DNA of 64,000 nucleotides from Eledone cirrhosa. Lineage: Eukaryota. The stretch spans positions 51,150,001-51,214,000 of the forward strand of contig OZ024751.1 in assembly GCA_964016885.1 (NCBI GenBank), read 5' to 3'. Of this stretch, positions 39,085-54,464 are shown one piece after another (within the stretch, counting starts at the first letter, position 1; every line of letters starts with the position of its first letter). The position numbers were made by a program, and so were the translations under genes. The notes under the pieces are model-generated. The model did no database searches, was not told the DNA's origin, and was given only the letters and a program-made list of their open reading frames with translations.

Positions 39085-40610
39085 TAATGATGAAAAGCAA
39101 AATTGAATCCTGCAGATTTTTATATACCCTCCAGGGGTATATTAACTTCTCGGAAGTACATCCTACTGTAGTTGACATTTCCTGTCATCATACTGAGTGT
39201 AATAAATTAAATACCAGATATTTAGTGTGTGTGTGTGTGTGGGGGGGGGGGGGGGTCGTTTGATCATCTACAAGACCTGTTCCCTAAATTCTTCTTGTAA
39301 CCAATTCTAGGGGTTATTTTTATCTTGAAAAATTTTCAGTTCAGGTATTATGGACAGCAATGCTAGACATTGCCAGTTCAAGACAAGCTCTATAGCCATG
39401 TGATACCATCAATTAAGCCTGTCCAAGATACACACACAATAATGAAATCAATGTCAGTAGTGTTCAAACATTACTGACTTGTGGGGTTATATAAACCCCT
39501 GTTATTGTGTATAAGATGGTTCTGGCTGACAGCAGTCCTTTCGATGAGAAGAGCAGTCAATTTTCCTCCATCTGGTGGCTATGTAGAACAAGTGTTTATG
39601 GTTGTCAAGATTGTAAGGACAGAGGATAGACACTTTCCTCTTCAGCCACAACCTCATCATAGTTTTCAACTGCTACTTGAAAAGAGAAGTGAGAATGGAG
39701 ATGGAACTGTTGCCCTCCCAGGGTGATGGGAATAGCATGCTTTGTGTGACTGGACTGACCCACTCTCAATTTTCATTTGTAATATTCCAGCAAAGAGAAT
39801 TTAAAGATTTTTTTTTAAAGGAATTTAAGGATTTTTTGTGTTGGGGGCATTTAAGGATTTTTTCAGGTACCCATCTTTCACAATCACTATCATTATTCTA
39901 TGTCCACTTTGGACATATACATTATATATATATATAACAAGTACATTCATTATATATGTTTTTATATTTCTATATTTTATTTGTTGTTCTTCTCTTCATG
40001 TTTCTATTTTTAACCTTGATGTATAATCCCAAATATTTCTGTAGTCCATCTTTTGAAAGACCTCAACCATTGCCCTTGTGACAAATAAGGAAACAATTAT
40101 TATTGTTCTTCTTCTTATCGTTATCAATACTATTGAATTAATTGTATTCACAAAGCATTGAACAAATCTTAAATTATGAATGTATGTTAGCTTAATTCAA
40201 TGTTTAAATGCACAAAATGCGAAGTTGCAACATTCTTGTCTTTTCCAAGGATGATATATAATTTATAACATGAAGTGGAATGAAACAGATTGAAGTGAAG
40301 ACTACTGACACTAGGATGTGTCCTCAGGTTTACTAATTTGGTATTTACCTCGTTAGGTGCTTGCCTCGTTTGATGCTTGATATGCACCAACAATTACAAT
40401 AACAAACAGCAACAACAAAAATATCAGTTATTCATGCTCTTTTTTAATTAATATTTGATTAATATATACATATATATACATACATATACACATGTATATA
40501 CATATATATATATATACATATATATACATAAAAACATATATTTACATACATGTATATACATATATATATACATAAAAACATATATTTACATACATACATA
40601 TATATATATA

Positions 40611-40656
<46 letters not shown>

Positions 40657-40809
40657 TACATACACATAGATATACTTCTAATGAAAGGAATCTTTTTATA
40701 CAAGGATAATATATATAGGTAACTATTTATATCTTAATAGTTTAGAATCTGCAATTTATTTAATGATGAAGATGATGATGATGATAATAATAACATTAAT
40801 AATAATAAT

Positions 40810-41182
40810 AATGATTTCTACATCAGGCACAAGGCCAATAATTTTTGGGGAGGGGAAAGTCAATTAAATCGGTCCCATTGCATTACTGGTACTTTATTTT
40901 ATCAACCCTGTAAGGATGAAAGGCAAAGCTAACCTCAGTGGGATTTCAACTCAGAACGTAAAGGGCCATACCACTATGCTGTGAAGCAGGTTGTCCGACA
41001 CTCTACAGGTACTGCCAACCTACCACCCTAATAACAATGATAATAAAGATTAGTGTAATTATAATTATCAATATTATTTTTCTTTATTTTTTTGTTTTTG
41101 CTTTCCTGAGAGGAATTAAATAAAAAAAAATTTCAAACACACTAGTCTCATTCCTTTCTCTATTTTTTGCCAGCAGAGAAGT

Positions 41183-41214
<32 letters not shown>

Positions 41215-41835
41215 TGTTTCTACTTTTGGCACAAGGCCAGCAATTACCCGAGTACATTACTGGGACTTTATTTTATTGACCCCGTAAGGATGAAAGGCAA
41301 AGTTAACCTCGGCGGAATTTATATAATAATAATAATGCTTTCTAAATTAGGCATAAGGCCATAAATTCCAAATAAAAAGTTGAGTCAATTAGTTTTTTTT
41401 CTTCACCTCAGTATTTGGTGTTATATTTTATCGAACTTGGAAGGATGAAATGCAAAGTCAACCTCAGGACAGCCTTTGAACCTAGAAACATAGAGTAATG
41501 GTCATAACTAAATACCAAAAAAGCATCTCATTCCACACTCCTCTAAAGATGCAGGTCAGTCAACCACCCTTATGATGATGATATTAATGATATTAACAAT
41601 AACAAAAATAACAATAACGATAATAATAATATATTTATAATGATAATTGTCTCTACTTTTGGCACAAGGCCAGCAATTATCCCAGTGGATTACTGGTACT
41701 TTATTTTATCGACCCCGTAAGGATGAAAGGCAAAGTTAACCTCGGCGGGATTTCAACTCAGACCATAAAGGGGCGTAACTCTATGCTGCAAAGCGTGGTG
41801 TTCAACCCTCTAGCAATACTGCCAATCCACCACCA
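40810..41835 (-). mobile_element. Cluster of about four SINE family A copies
   Basis: Same core as 33682-36785; copies near 40812-41030, 41212-41320, 41337-41570 (decayed) and 41646-41833. Confidence 0.82.
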
Positions 41836-41837
41836 TA

Positions 41838-41881
<44 letters not shown>

Positions 41882-42429
41882 CTGATACCAGCAATAACAA
41901 TAATATTAATAATTTACAATAAAAATTATATAAATAATATAAATTGCATTGTAAGAATAGAACTGGACTGGAATGATAAAAGATGAAGAATGGTATAAAG
42001 CGGAGAAAATCCTTTAAAAATGGTAAAATTAGCAAAGGCAGGCAACTAGAATTCAAGATGCCTAGAAGGTTCTCTTCGTGAAATTTGTAATTTACAGACA
42101 AAAAAATTTTTTTTTGTTTTCTTTTTAAATTTTAATACCTCGAATGTTCTCATGCTTAATAAGACTAAAATAGTCGATGCAAGCTTATTCGTGTAATTTA
42201 GCTATTGAAATATATTAAATGTTGGGACAAGCAATGGGCATGGGTGGGTGGAGGTAAATATAATATATGTATTTTATATTAATTAATATATATTTTATAT
42301 TAATTAATATTTTTCATAAAAGATTAAGTGTGTATTCGAACTATGCACTCTATACAATTTATAAACAGGCAATTTTTTTTTTTATTTGTTTTTATTGAAA
42401 TTTGATGAGTGCAGGTATAGATAACATAT

Positions 42430-42491
<62 letters not shown>

Positions 42492-43139
42492 TTGTGTGTG
42501 TGAGAGAGAGACAGTGTGTGTGTGTGCGTAATTATATGCGCATATATGTGTATATATATATATGTGTGTGTATATATATATATATATACAAGTATATAAT
42601 TGTATATATACTTACATACATACACATATACATTCATATATATGTATGTTCATATATATATATATATATATATGAGTGTGCATGTACATTTATATATAAA
42701 TATAAATGCACTCACATATATATACATATATACATATATACATATATATGTGTGTGCTTATATTTAAGAAGTGTTGGAGGGAAAAAAATATCTAATACTA
42801 TTTAAAGATACTTCCATTTTTTAAAATTATTTTTCATAATTTATTTGCAAAAGAATAAAGATTTGTGTAGAATGTAGAATTGGGAGAAGCATTGTTAGAT
42901 ATTTAAAAATCATGTGATTTTCAAGAAATAAAAATTCTCTACTATTTTATATGTATATTTAAATATCAATTTTTTTTTGGCTTGCTTTAATTACATCTGG
43001 GAAATTTGCATTTTTTTGCACAATATCAGTTAAAGTTACATCTTTTTTATAATATTCTTTGAAATCATGTTATTTTGACAGAAATTGAATTTGAAAAAAT
43101 TTTTAATTTTGATTCATACACACACACATGCACACACAC

Positions 43140-43191
<52 letters not shown>

Positions 43192-43276
43192 TATATATAC
43201 ATATATATACATACATGTACATGTATATATATAAATATATATATATACATACATGTATATGTATATATATAAATAA

Positions 43277-43313
<37 letters not shown>

Positions 43314-43375
43314 CATGTACATGTATATATATATAAATATATATATATATTTATATATATATATACATGTATATG

Positions 43376-43410
<35 letters not shown>

Positions 43411-43413
43411 TAC

Positions 43414-43477
<64 letters not shown>

Positions 43478-43518
43478 GAGAACAGCTTTTCTTTTAAACA
43501 TGTGATGAAAATACATCA

Positions 43519-43755
43519 ATGTTCTAGTTTTATCATATTTATCAAGATATTTTCATAATTTTGTATGAGTCCCTAAGAGTTCAATTAAGGATATAAACAC
43601 ACAGACAACATTTCACATCTTGAAGATGAGACTGAGAAAGTTAAAAAATGTTGATGATTGATTTAGAAAGAAACTTCTTTGCAAACAAACCTCAAGAGTC
43701 TCATACAAAAATATGAAGGAAACCTTATTGTAAAGTATAAAACAAACTAGAACAT
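43519..43755. mobile_element. Diverged fold-back element with decayed hammerhead-like centre
   Basis: ATGTTCTAGTTT..TTCATAATTTTGTATGAG pairs with CTCATACAAAAATATGAA..AAACTAGAACAT. Centre 43616-43656: CAUC UUGAAGAU GAGAC..GUU AAAAA AUGUU GAUG. Lies between (TA)n tracts. Confidence 0.55.
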
Positions 43756-44234
43756 AATTGTGTTTCAATTACTCACAGAAATATATATATATGTATATAT
43801 GTACACTCATATACACATATATATTCATATATACACACACACAAATATATATATATATGTGTATATGTACACTAATATACACATATATATTCATATATAC
43901 ACACACACAAATATATATATATATGTATATATGTACACTAATATACACATATATATTCATATACACACATATATATTCATATATACACACATATATATTC
44001 ATATATACACACACACAAATATATATTTATATATATATTCATATATATATGAATGAATATATATATATATTCATATATATACATATATATATGAATGAAT
44101 ATATATATATATATTCATATATATACATATATATATATATATTCATTCATATACATATATTCATGTATATACATATATATATATTCATTCATATATATAT
44201 TCATATATATACATATATATATATATATTCATTC

Positions 44235-44275
<41 letters not shown>

Positions 44276-45429
44276 TTCATATATATATATATTCATATAT
44301 ATACATATATATATTCATATATATATATATCTTCATTCATATATATATATATCTTCATTCATATATATATATATATATTTATTCATATATATATATTCAT
44401 ATATACATTCATATATATATATTCATATATATTCATTCATATATATATTCATATATACATTCATATATATATATTAATATATATTCATATATATATATTC
44501 ATATATATTCATTCATATATATACATATATATATATATATATTCATTCATATATATATATATATTTATTCATATATATATATTCATATATATACATATAT
44601 ATATATTCATTCATATATATATATTCATATATATACATATATATATATTCATTCATATATATACATATATATATATATATTCATTCATATATATATATTT
44701 ATATATATATTCATTTATATATATATATATATATACATTCATATATATATATTTATATATATATTCATTTATATATATATATATATATATATTCATTCAT
44801 ATATATATATATTCATATAATATATATATATTCATATAATATATATATATTCATTCATATATATATATATATATATATTCATATATATATATTCATATAT
44901 ATATATATATATATTCATATATATATATTCATATATTTATATATATATATATATATTTATATTCATATATTTATATATATATATTCATATATATATATAT
45001 ATATTCATATATATATATATATCATATATATATATATATATTCATATATATATATATATTCATATATATATATATTCATATATATATATATTCATATATA
45101 TATATATATATATTAATATATATATATATATTCATATATATATATATATTCATATATATATATATTCATATATATATATATATATATATATTCATATATA
45201 TATATTTATATATATATATATATATATTCATATTCATATATATATATATATACATATATATACATATTCATATATATACATATTCATATATATACATATT
45301 AATATATATATATGTATATTCATATATATATATACATATCTATATACAAACATACAGATACACATATATATATATATATACATATTTGTTTACACACACA
45401 CACACATATATAGACACACATTCACACAT

Positions 45430-45460
<31 letters not shown>

Positions 45461-45858
45461 CACACACACATATATATAAATCTTGTTATTTGCTTGTCTT
45501 AAATTCTCGTGCAACATTTGGTTAAAATATTTAACACCTCTCTCACTTAAAATGTCTTCATTGTATTTCCGGCAGAAAAAAAAAGAAAACAAAACATCTA
45601 TTTCCTTTTTTAATGTCTATTTTTTCTTTTCTTTTACATCATTTCGATTTTTGTATATTTGTTTATATTTGATTTTTTTTTTTTTGTATTTTTAAAAAAT
45701 ATTTTTCGCCCTTGCAAGGCATAACTACTTTGAAAGGAAATTTTGAATGGGAATTTCCCGGATGATATAATTGCCAGGAATGTGGCACAAGCGACTCAAA
45801 AAAAACTGCCAGTCCTTGACAAAGCAACAGTGCTAATGATGATAACAACAACAACGAA

Positions 45859-45915
<57 letters not shown>

Positions 45916-46332
45916 AGTAATAATTACAATAATAATCATAATAATTCATGATAATGACATTAAGTAATAGTAATACAAATTGTTAAATAAATAAGGATTT
46001 CTTTTATTGGCCCTCAAAGGGCAGAATTATAAAATAATGTAAGTAAATTTAATAATGATAATAATCTTGTGCATAGTGAAGAAATGTTTTTGTAAAAAAA
46101 AATTATTAGATTAAAAAAAATGGAGTTAGTTTCCTGTTATTGCTTAAAATATATTAAATATTTTTAACAATTATTTATATTTATTTTTATACATACACAC
46201 ACATATAGACACATACATGCATACATATATATATATACATGCACACACAAACATATGTATATATATATATATGCATATGCACATAACATGTATATATATA
46301 TGCATATGCACATAACGTGTATATATATACAC

Positions 46333-46363
<31 letters not shown>

Positions 46364-46533
46364 CATATATGTATACATATATATATATACATATATACAC
46401 ACATATATATATATATATATATAAATATATGTATACAAACTCATATATGCATATATATAAACATATATATATATACATGTCAATATATATTTAGGCATAC
46501 ACACACACACACTCACATATATATATATATATA

Positions 46534-46935
46534 TAATCAAATATAGAGATGAAATCATTTTTAATTCCTTACACATGTTTCAGGAAAGTTATATATGTTA
46601 TTATTCAAATGATGTTAGGTGAAAATTCGTATAATCAAGATACATACAAAACGATATAGAGATATAATTTGTACTTCTCCATCAGCTGAGATGCGAGATG
46701 TTCCCCCATCCTGTGAAAGGTGGGATTGCATTTCGGATATATTCTGATTCAATTCAATACTTGTTTTTTTATTACCTGAACAAAATCTCTATTTCATTTA
46801 ATATGTATAAATCTTGGTTATATGAACTTTCACCTAACATTATTTGAATAATTGGATGTACAACTCTCTCAAAAAATGTGAAAGGAATTAAAAATGATTT
46901 AAAAGCTAATTTTCCCGTCTATATATTTGATTATA
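46534..46935. mobile_element. Diverged ~400-bp fold-back (MITE-like) element
   Basis: AAATCATTTTTAATTCCTT..TATTCAAATGATGTTAGGTGAAA pairs with TTTCACCTAACATTATTTGAATA..AAGGAATTAAAAATGATTT. Confidence 0.7.
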
Positions 46936-47819
46936 ATTGCTCTGTGTTTATGTCTGCCTTTCCACCTTTTTCTCCCCCAAAATCTCCCTTTCCTTCAGAC
47001 CAATAATATATGAATATATTGAGCTAATTCCGAAACCTCTTGGCGATTATATACTATCATATATAATTCTCTACATACATTTGAGCATATATATATATTC
47101 ATATATATATATAACTTGATAAGCATTGTATATATAATGCTTATCAAGTTCTCTCAGGATTTTGGTCTTTGCATTTATTATGACTACTACTGCTATATAT
47201 ATATAGTAAAGAAATAATGCCCAACGTCTGAGCTCTTGCCATTTTGATGAGTAGTTTATATGCCATCAAAAAAGCAAGAGCTCTGTCACTGAGCACCAAC
47301 TCTTTAGAATACCTTTTCCCTATTTTCCTAAGTATTGAGTACTTAGCTGAACAATGGTCTTACTAGTCTAAACTGGTAATATCCAATCTATCTATATATA
47401 CACACACATATATAAATATATACATATATATATATACATATACATACACATATATTTATATATCCGTATATAAATATGTATATATGTACATATATACACA
47501 CATATATATGTATACACACTCATACATACACATATATATATATATATTTACATATATATACACATATATACACACATACATATATATATACACACACACA
47601 TACACACACACACATATCTATCTCTCTCTATATATATATATATATACATTTAAATTTTGTCGGTTTTAGAAAAACTAGGGATAAATAAAACAAACTCAAA
47701 CACAAAGGGCAAATCAGATGTGCCTGCATATATATGTATAGGTATACATACAGACACATATATATATATACATATATATATATATACATATATATACATA
47801 TATATATATATACATATAC

Positions 47820-47862
<43 letters not shown>

Positions 47863-48172
47863 TATATACATATATATACATATATATACATATATATATA
47901 TATATACATATATATACATATATATATACATATATATACATATATATATATACATATATATACATATATATATATATACATACATATATACATATATATA
48001 CATATATATATATATACATATATATACATATAGATACATATATATATATACATATATATACATATAGATACATATATATACGTATATATATACATATATA
48101 TATATAAACATATATATACATATATATATATATATATACATATATATACATATATATATATACATATATATA

Positions 48173-48206
<34 letters not shown>

Positions 48207-48681
48207 CATACATATATATACATAATATATACATATATATACATATATATATACATATATATACATATATATATATATATATACATATATATACATATAT
48301 ATATATATGTATATATATATATGTATATATATGTATATATATATATCTATATATATGTATATATATATATGTATATATATATCTATATATATGTATATAT
48401 GTATATATATGTATATATGTATATATATATGTATATGTATATATGTATATATATATATATACATGTATACATATATATATACATATATATATACATATAT
48501 ATATATATACATATATACATATATATATATATATAGATATATATATACATATATATATATACATATATATAGATATATATATACATATATATATATACAT
48601 ATATATAGATTATATATATACATATATATATATACATATATATTTATATATACATATACATATATATAGATATATATATAC

Positions 48682-48726
<45 letters not shown>

Positions 48727-48889
48727 CATATATATATATACATATATATATATACATATATATATATATACATACATATATATACATATATACATATATA
48801 TATATATATACATATATATATACATATATATATACATATATACATATATATATACATATATATATATACACATATATATAGATATATAT

Positions 48890-48930
<41 letters not shown>

Positions 48931-48965
48931 TATATATATATATATACATAAATATAAATATATAT

Positions 48966-48996
<31 letters not shown>

Positions 48997-49018
48997 CACA
49001 TAAATATAAATATATATA

Positions 49019-49064
<46 letters not shown>

Positions 49065-49086
49065 CACATAAATATAAATATATATA

Positions 49087-49124
<38 letters not shown>

Positions 49125-49131
<7 letters not shown>

Positions 49132-49422
49132 AAAAAAAGATGAAATCGAAAATGCAACTGGAGTCTTATTTTTTTAAAAATATTTATATTTATTTGGTTC
49201 CTTTACCGGTTTCGCAGTTCTTCTGTTTTTCAAAAGTAGAGTTGAGATGGAGGGTCTATGGTTTTTCTCACATCTGTGAGAAAAACCACAGACCCTCCAT
49301 CTCAACTCTACTTTTGAAAAACAGAAGAACTGCGAAACCGGTAAAGGAACCAAATAAATATAAATATTTAAAAAAAAATAAGACTCCAGTTGCATTTTCG
49401 ATTTCATCTTTTTTTCTTTATA
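49125..49422. mobile_element. Near-perfect 298-bp palindrome (148-bp arms, 2-nt loop) with a hammerhead motif in each arm
   Basis: Centre CTCACA-TC-TGTGAG at 49267-49280; about 3 mismatches between arms; begins at the end of a long (TA)n tract. Confidence 0.9.
49311..49346 (+). ncRNA. Minimal hammerhead ribozyme motif, U3-A8 core variant
   Basis: CUU | UUGAAAA | ACAG-AAGAA-CUGC | GAAA | C-CG-G | UA^ | AAG, followed by AATAAA. The first pair of stem II is an A-C mismatch. Confidence 0.6.
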
Positions 49423-49881
49423 CTTTCACTCGTGTAGGATACCTCGGTTATTTTTCATTTTGTAAAAAAAACCTCACTTTCTAATATATATATATACATA
49501 TATAATAATAATAATAATAATATATATAAAAGCATGTAAACACAAACACACATAAATACACACACCCACAATATAGATATATAGATCCATACAAATATAT
49601 ACATTATTATTGAGAGGTGGCCATTTTGTCTCTGCACTCCAACTACTTATATTTTTCACCATAATATTGCTAATCAGATAATTATCTGAAGTTATCAAAA
49701 TGGCAGGGTATATATAAAAGTTGTAATGTGAAGACGAAATATTCAGCTAACAATTTATAATATTGTTGTTTACAAATTGAGATCTTGGTTGCTGAATAGT
49801 GCCACTTAATTGATATATATATATATTACTTTTTCTTACTTTATAATTTGTTATATATATATATATATACATACATATATG

Positions 49882-49927
<46 letters not shown>

Positions 49928-50202
49928 TAAATACATACATACATATATGCACATATATATATATATATATGCATAAATACATACATATATGCACATATAT
50001 ATATATATGCATACATACATATATGGACATATATATATATATATGCATACATATATATATATGCATATATAGTATCATCAAAAATACTTATATTATGCGA
50101 AGTGATTAGCCAGAGTTCTCAATAAAAGTGAGAAGAAACAGATCTAAATCAATAACATATACAATGATACATTTTCTACTTGTGTATATACATACATACG
50201 TA

Positions 50203-50290
<88 letters not shown>

Positions 50291-50327
50291 TAGATAGATT
50301 TCTTTATTAGCCACAGGGGCACAAAAG

Positions 50328-50361
<34 letters not shown>

Positions 50362-50553
50362 TCATATAGAAATGACTTGTACTAGAACTGTTTCATTTGT
50401 ATGAAATCACACAAGATATAAATCAATTCTCACCATGTAGACGTTATTTCTATATTACACACCACGACCCATATATACATGTATATATATATATCCCGAA
50501 ATACACACACATACATGCATAAATATATATATACACATATAAACATACATATG

Positions 50554-50630
<77 letters not shown>

Positions 50631-51324
50631 GTGTGTGTATATATATATATATAGACAGATAGATAGACAGATAGATATACATAAGGTAACTGAAAGAAAA
50701 TTGACTAACAAAACATATCTGAGGAATATGTTTGTAAATAATAGACAAAAATATTCAACAGTAAGTATATTTATTTTTTAAAAAAACATGAATATAAGGC
50801 TGAGTTAAAGATATTCAAAAGGATTATATAGAAATAACAAAGAACAGAGTTTTCGGATATAAATATAAATAAAAAAATTTTTGATTGAGGAAAAAAATAG
50901 TAGGTAGAGTGTGCATTTATGTATAGTCTGTTTCATGTATATTTATTAATTATATGTAATTTTAATTAATGTTAATTTATAGTAATCTATTTAACTTAAA
51001 CCATTTAACTTGAATCTGCCTTCCTAACAACAACTCATCTCCAATTGATCCTTTAAGATCTTCACAGGGATACTCCACTGATAATGGGTTTTTAAATTTG
51101 TTAAGGTAAGATTGTATTGTTATCTTGGCACCTTTAATTTTCTAATGCATTGTATGGCTTTTAAAATTATTTAAGTAATAATCTATGTTTATACTAATTA
51201 AATTTTTTGTTATTTATTCTGCTTTTTGAAAATCCATCTAATGTGGTAAGTACATTATTTTCAGTCAATTTCCTACACATTTACAAGTTACATGTGTTTG
51301 GGTTTATAACACCACAGCAAGTAA

Positions 51325-51373
<49 letters not shown>

Positions 51374-51891
51374 GTGCTTAGAAATATATATATATATATA
51401 TGCATACAAGCATGAATATATATATATATAGTAATATATATATATATATATATCACTAAGTTTTTCTGGAAAATTTAACTGCTTTCCAAGTAAAACCTCA
51501 AAGCAGTGTTCTCCTTGTATTTCTTACTTTGACTCTACACATGTATTAAATTCTTATTAAATGACTATAACTTGCTGTTTTTTAGTATTTTGAAGCACTA
51601 ACCTCAACTTTGTGTGTGTATGTGTGTATATATATCTGTATGCGTACCAGGTCGATATGGAATAAATATTTTTCATATGTAAACACAAATTTTTCTATTA
51701 TATATATATATATATACACATTTGTGTGTGTGTGTATGTGTGTGTTAAAGTAATATGTACATATATTGGTTGGGACTGTGTTGGCAGAAAAGTGTAAATA
51801 ATTAAAGGACAATTGTGTGCCATGTGCATTTCCTATTTTACATTTCATGGTTGACAAATTATATAGGCAAAGTTTTATACACTTGCATTTG

Positions 51892-51931
<40 letters not shown>

Positions 51932-52075
51932 CATCCATACATATATACATACATACAAATATATACATAAACAAACATATATATATGCATATACACACAC
52001 ATATATATATATGTAAGTATATGTATGTACACAAACATATGTATATATATGTACAGATATGCATGTATATATATA

Positions 52076-52116
<41 letters not shown>

Positions 52117-52494
52117 ACAATTACAAATACTAACACACCTACATACATATGTATATATGAATATGTATGTGTGCATGTATGTACAATTGTTTATGTGTAT
52201 TTTTGTGTAGCTTTGTGCGCATGCAGATCGGCAGCAAATTTGCATACATATTTACCTCGATTTACCTTTATAAAAGTTGTCATACATTTGTATGGAAGGT
52301 ATTACATACACATATATGATTAGACATGCATGAGTATATATATATACATATATTTATATAGAATTGTATATATATATATGCACATATACACACACACATA
52401 TATCTACATACCTAAATATATATATATGTATATGTGTGTGAGAGTGTGGGTGTATGTCTTGTTATATGTATCTATGTATGCATGTTTATATATA

Positions 52495-52540
<46 letters not shown>

Positions 52541-52636
52541 TGCTAGTAAATATCTGCTGCTGCACACACACATATATATATTTATATATATATATATGTA
52601 TGGATGCACATAACCAACACATGTGAAAAAATTTTC

Positions 52637-52883
52637 TTAGGAAACAAATGCACAAGGGATGTAATCTTTGGCAAGCAGAACACTTAGTGTTACAAATATT
52701 CCATACATGACTATCATAGCAACTCCAAGAATTTTATTCAAGCGCCATCTGCTTGCAACAATTGAAATGATGACCAACATCAGCATCGTAAAAAGCATAA
52801 CTATAGAACAGAACATGCCGGCACTGCTGACTGTAACTGGTTTCTGGCTGATAATACATTTCATGAGCCATGGAAATGGTAAA
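52637..52883 (-). CDS. SLC24A2: NCKX terminal coding exon (LPFPWL...DYIPCAFVS*)
   Basis: Acceptor TTTTACAG at 52884-52891, stop TAA at 52637-52639, hydrophobic TM segments. Confidence 0.93.
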
Positions 52884-53550
52884 CTGTAAAAGATAAAATT
52901 CAAAAGCTTCAGTTTATATATTATTTATTTATTGATTGATTGATTTTGTTATCTTCAATAATTTCATAATACTTTACATATATATATATGTATGTATATA
53001 TATAATATATATATGTATGTATATATATATAATATATATATGTATATATATGTATGTATATATAATATGTATATATGTATATACTCAGCTGTAGAAATGA
53101 GATGATAGGGACTGAGATCCCTATCATTCCACTGCAAAGTGGTCGTGGAGGTGCCACGGCAAAAAAGCACCCAGTACTCACTGTAAATGAGGTTGGTGTT
53201 AGGAAGGGCATCCAGCTGTAGAAATCAAGCCAGAATGAGTTCCCGTCCCACCCTTGCAAGCAGGGAAAAAGCGGACGTAAAATGAAATGATGATGATGAA
53301 TGATATAATATATATATATATATAATATATATATGTATATATAATATATATGTATATATATATAATATATATATATGTATGTATATGTATGTATATATAT
53401 ATTATATATATATATGTATGTATATATATTTTATATATATGTATGTATATATATATTATATATTATATATATATGTATGTATGTATATATATATAATATA
53501 TATATATATATGTATATATTATATATATATGTATATATATGTATATATAT

Positions 53551-53581
<31 letters not shown>

Positions 53582-53950
53582 ATATATATTATATCATCAT
53601 CATCATCACCATTTTACGTCCATTCTTCCATGCTAGTATGGGTTAGACGGGGAACTTATTCTGGCTTGATTTCTACAGCTAGATGTCCTTCCTAACAGCA
53701 ACCTCATTTACAGTGAGTGCTGGATGCTATTTTGCTGTGGCACCTCCACGACCACTTTACAGTGAGTACTGGGTGCTTTTTTGCCGTGGCACCTCCACGA
53801 CCACTTTGCAGTCCTATCATCTCATTTCTACAGCTGAGTAAACTGGAGCAATGTGAAATAAAGTGTCTTGCTCAAGGAAACAACACATCACCCGGTCTGA
53901 GAATTGAACTCACAACCTTTCGATTGCAAGGTCAATGCTCTAACCACTAA

Positions 53951-54007
<57 letters not shown>

Positions 54008-54391
54008 CAAGCGGTGCCTGTGCTTGAAGCTTCTTTAAGTGAAGAAAATCTTTGCATGGGGCCAATGCCACTCTCTTAACATCAAATGAATTTACCACAA
54101 AAAAAAATGGTCTACATCATTGGATGCAAAGGTAGTCACGGGTTTCATATCAGAGTGACCTTCTCCTAGAGAGATGTCTTAATAAAGACTAGGAGTCTCT
54201 TGCTCCACAAAACATGGACATTGACTCTCGAGTTCCTCTGCTCTTTGATGGGTTTTGTTTTTGATCCTGCAAAATTACCTTCCAAACTTACCTTCTCACC
54301 AAGCAAGCTTGGTGAGGTTACTGGTTTTAGTTGGTTATGACTCGACCATACACAGGTTGTACTGGGTTTCAGTATCTCTGAAGAGCAACCT

Positions 54392-54464
<73 letters not shown>

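Larger units (their letters stand above)
42420..53600. repeat. Region dominated by compound (TA)n/(CA)n/(TTCATA)n microsatellites (largest: 43780-45480 and 47725-49125)
   Basis: Direct reading. Source of the many YIYI ORFs. Confidence 0.97.

Noticed and set aside
39565-39579. CTCF-like motif GCCACCAGATGGAGG (minus strand)
   Set aside because: Single short match inside what appears to be a decayed Tx1-like 3' fragment (~39480-40105); expected by chance in 64 kb.
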